Source: Bacillales bacterium (GTDB lineage Bacteria; Bacillota_I; Bacilli_A; RF39; UBA660). Taken from it: a stretch of DNA of 63,441 nucleotides. The stretch spans positions 1 to 63,441 of the forward strand of contig JAEEKZ010000027.1 in assembly GCA_016288635.1 (NCBI GenBank). Direction: 5' to 3'. This document shows, one piece after another, positions 62,883 to 63,441 of this stretch (its first letter is position 1; each line of letters opens with the position of its first letter). The notes under the pieces were generated by a model, which saw only the letters and a list, made by a program, of their open reading frames with translations, had not been told where the DNA came from and searched no databases. The translations under genes were made by a program, and so were the position numbers.

Positions 62883-63441
62883 ATGAGAACTTTATTATTC
62901 ATTTCTTTATTACCCGTTATAGTAATTGCAATATTTATTTATAACAAAGATAGAAATAAAGAACCTGGAGGATTAATTGTTAAATTGTTTCTTGAAGGTA
63001 TTGGAGCTGCTTTTGTAGCTATTGCTCTAGAAAGCCTTTGGGGAAATATACAGGCAAGTTTATTTAGTAGTACTGATACTTCTGTTTGGCCTTTATTAGT
63101 TAAAGTGTTTATTGGAATTGCCTTAATGGAAGAAATATCTAAATGGATTATGGCTTACTTTGGATCATATAATCATAGAGAATTTGATGAAATATATGAT
63201 ATGCTTCTATATTGTGCCTTTGTATCATTAGGTTTTGCTGCTTTTGAAAATATTATTTATGTTTTTAGTGGTGGTGTATGGGTTGGAATAATTAGAGCTG
63301 TTCTTTCAGTACCTGGTCATGCTTTCTTTGGAGTTATGATGGGTTATTACCTAGGCAAAGCTAAATATGAAGAATTGCGTTTAAATGCTGCAGGTAAAAA
63401 GAAAAACTTAGCATTAAGTATAATTGTTCCTACAATATTTC
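62883..63441 (+). CDS. PrsW-family intramembrane metalloprotease (3' end beyond the window)
   Basis: ATG at 62883 has a GGTGAT SD. Motifs are MEEISKW (EExxK), GFAAFEN and PGHAFFG. The frame is open to the window edge. Confidence 0.7.
   Translation, partial: MRTLLFISLLPVIVIAIFIYNKDRNKEPGGLIVKLFLEGIGAAFVAIALESLWGNIQASLFSSTDTSVWPLLVKVFIGIALMEEISKWIMAYFGSYNHREFDEIYDMLLYCAFVSLGFAAFENIIYVFSGGVWVGIIRAVLSVPGHAFFGVMMGYYLGKAKYEELRLNAAGKKKNLALSIIVPTIF

Noticed and set aside
1-63441. Alternative genetic code (TGA as Trp, Mollicutes-like), suggested by the extreme AT content
   Set aside because: Long ORFs with conserved motifs are uninterrupted under the standard code. None of the genes needed read-through of TGA.
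1-63441. Prophage, integrative element or genomic-island boundaries; rRNA or tRNA genes
   Set aside because: I recognised no integrase, recombinase, transposase, terminase, capsid or portal genes. I found no flanking direct repeats and no G/C-rich cloverleaf-like islands in intergenic regions. The only phage-like gene (Amidase_2) stands alone.

Overview
This is a 63.4-kb stretch of a very AT-rich, low-GC Gram-positive (Bacillota-like) chromosome. G+C was judged by eye, not computed, and finer taxonomy cannot be derived from the sequence alone. I call 62 protein-coding genes, 54 on the minus strand and 8 on the plus strand. They are tightly packed and mostly separated by clear rho-independent hairpin terminators. 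I recognised no rRNA, tRNA, CRISPR array, transposase, integrase or phage structural gene. The standard code fits: long ORFs are uninterrupted and TGA is used as a stop.

Recognisable core genes are Lon protease, RNase J, GalE, QueH, a minimal type I-beta DAHP synthase, a P2-type cation ATPase, a DAACS symporter, a multidrug-type ABC exporter, and HAD, metallophosphoesterase, GNAT and AlkD-like enzymes. The rest is mostly lineage-specific membrane-anchored or secreted proteins, plus four membrane-tethered XRE regulators.

Loci worth a second look:
1. A SipW-type signal-peptidase operon (17.8-23.9 kb). It has three TasA-like modules and a 1193-aa adhesin that ends in a CX5R phosphatase domain.
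2. Two adjacent operons at 57.2-62.8 kb. They combine a divergent Prs-like enzyme, a GS-type amidoligase, a LysR regulator, a SAM methyltransferase fusion and a CYTH fusion.
3. A 10-codon leader-peptide/terminator attenuator in front of the ABC exporter (about 30.7-30.9 kb).
4. Tandem cytoplasmic WG-repeat/pentapeptide-repeat paralogues (0.4-4.3 kb) and a second pair of large membrane-anchored paralogues (5.6-10 kb).
5. A membrane-anchored serpin.
6. A vWA/HTH/Sel1 cluster.

All functional calls come from motifs read by eye in the supplied translations; no database search was run. Coordinates of hairpins, promoters and repeats are hand-indexed and may be off by 1-2 nt.
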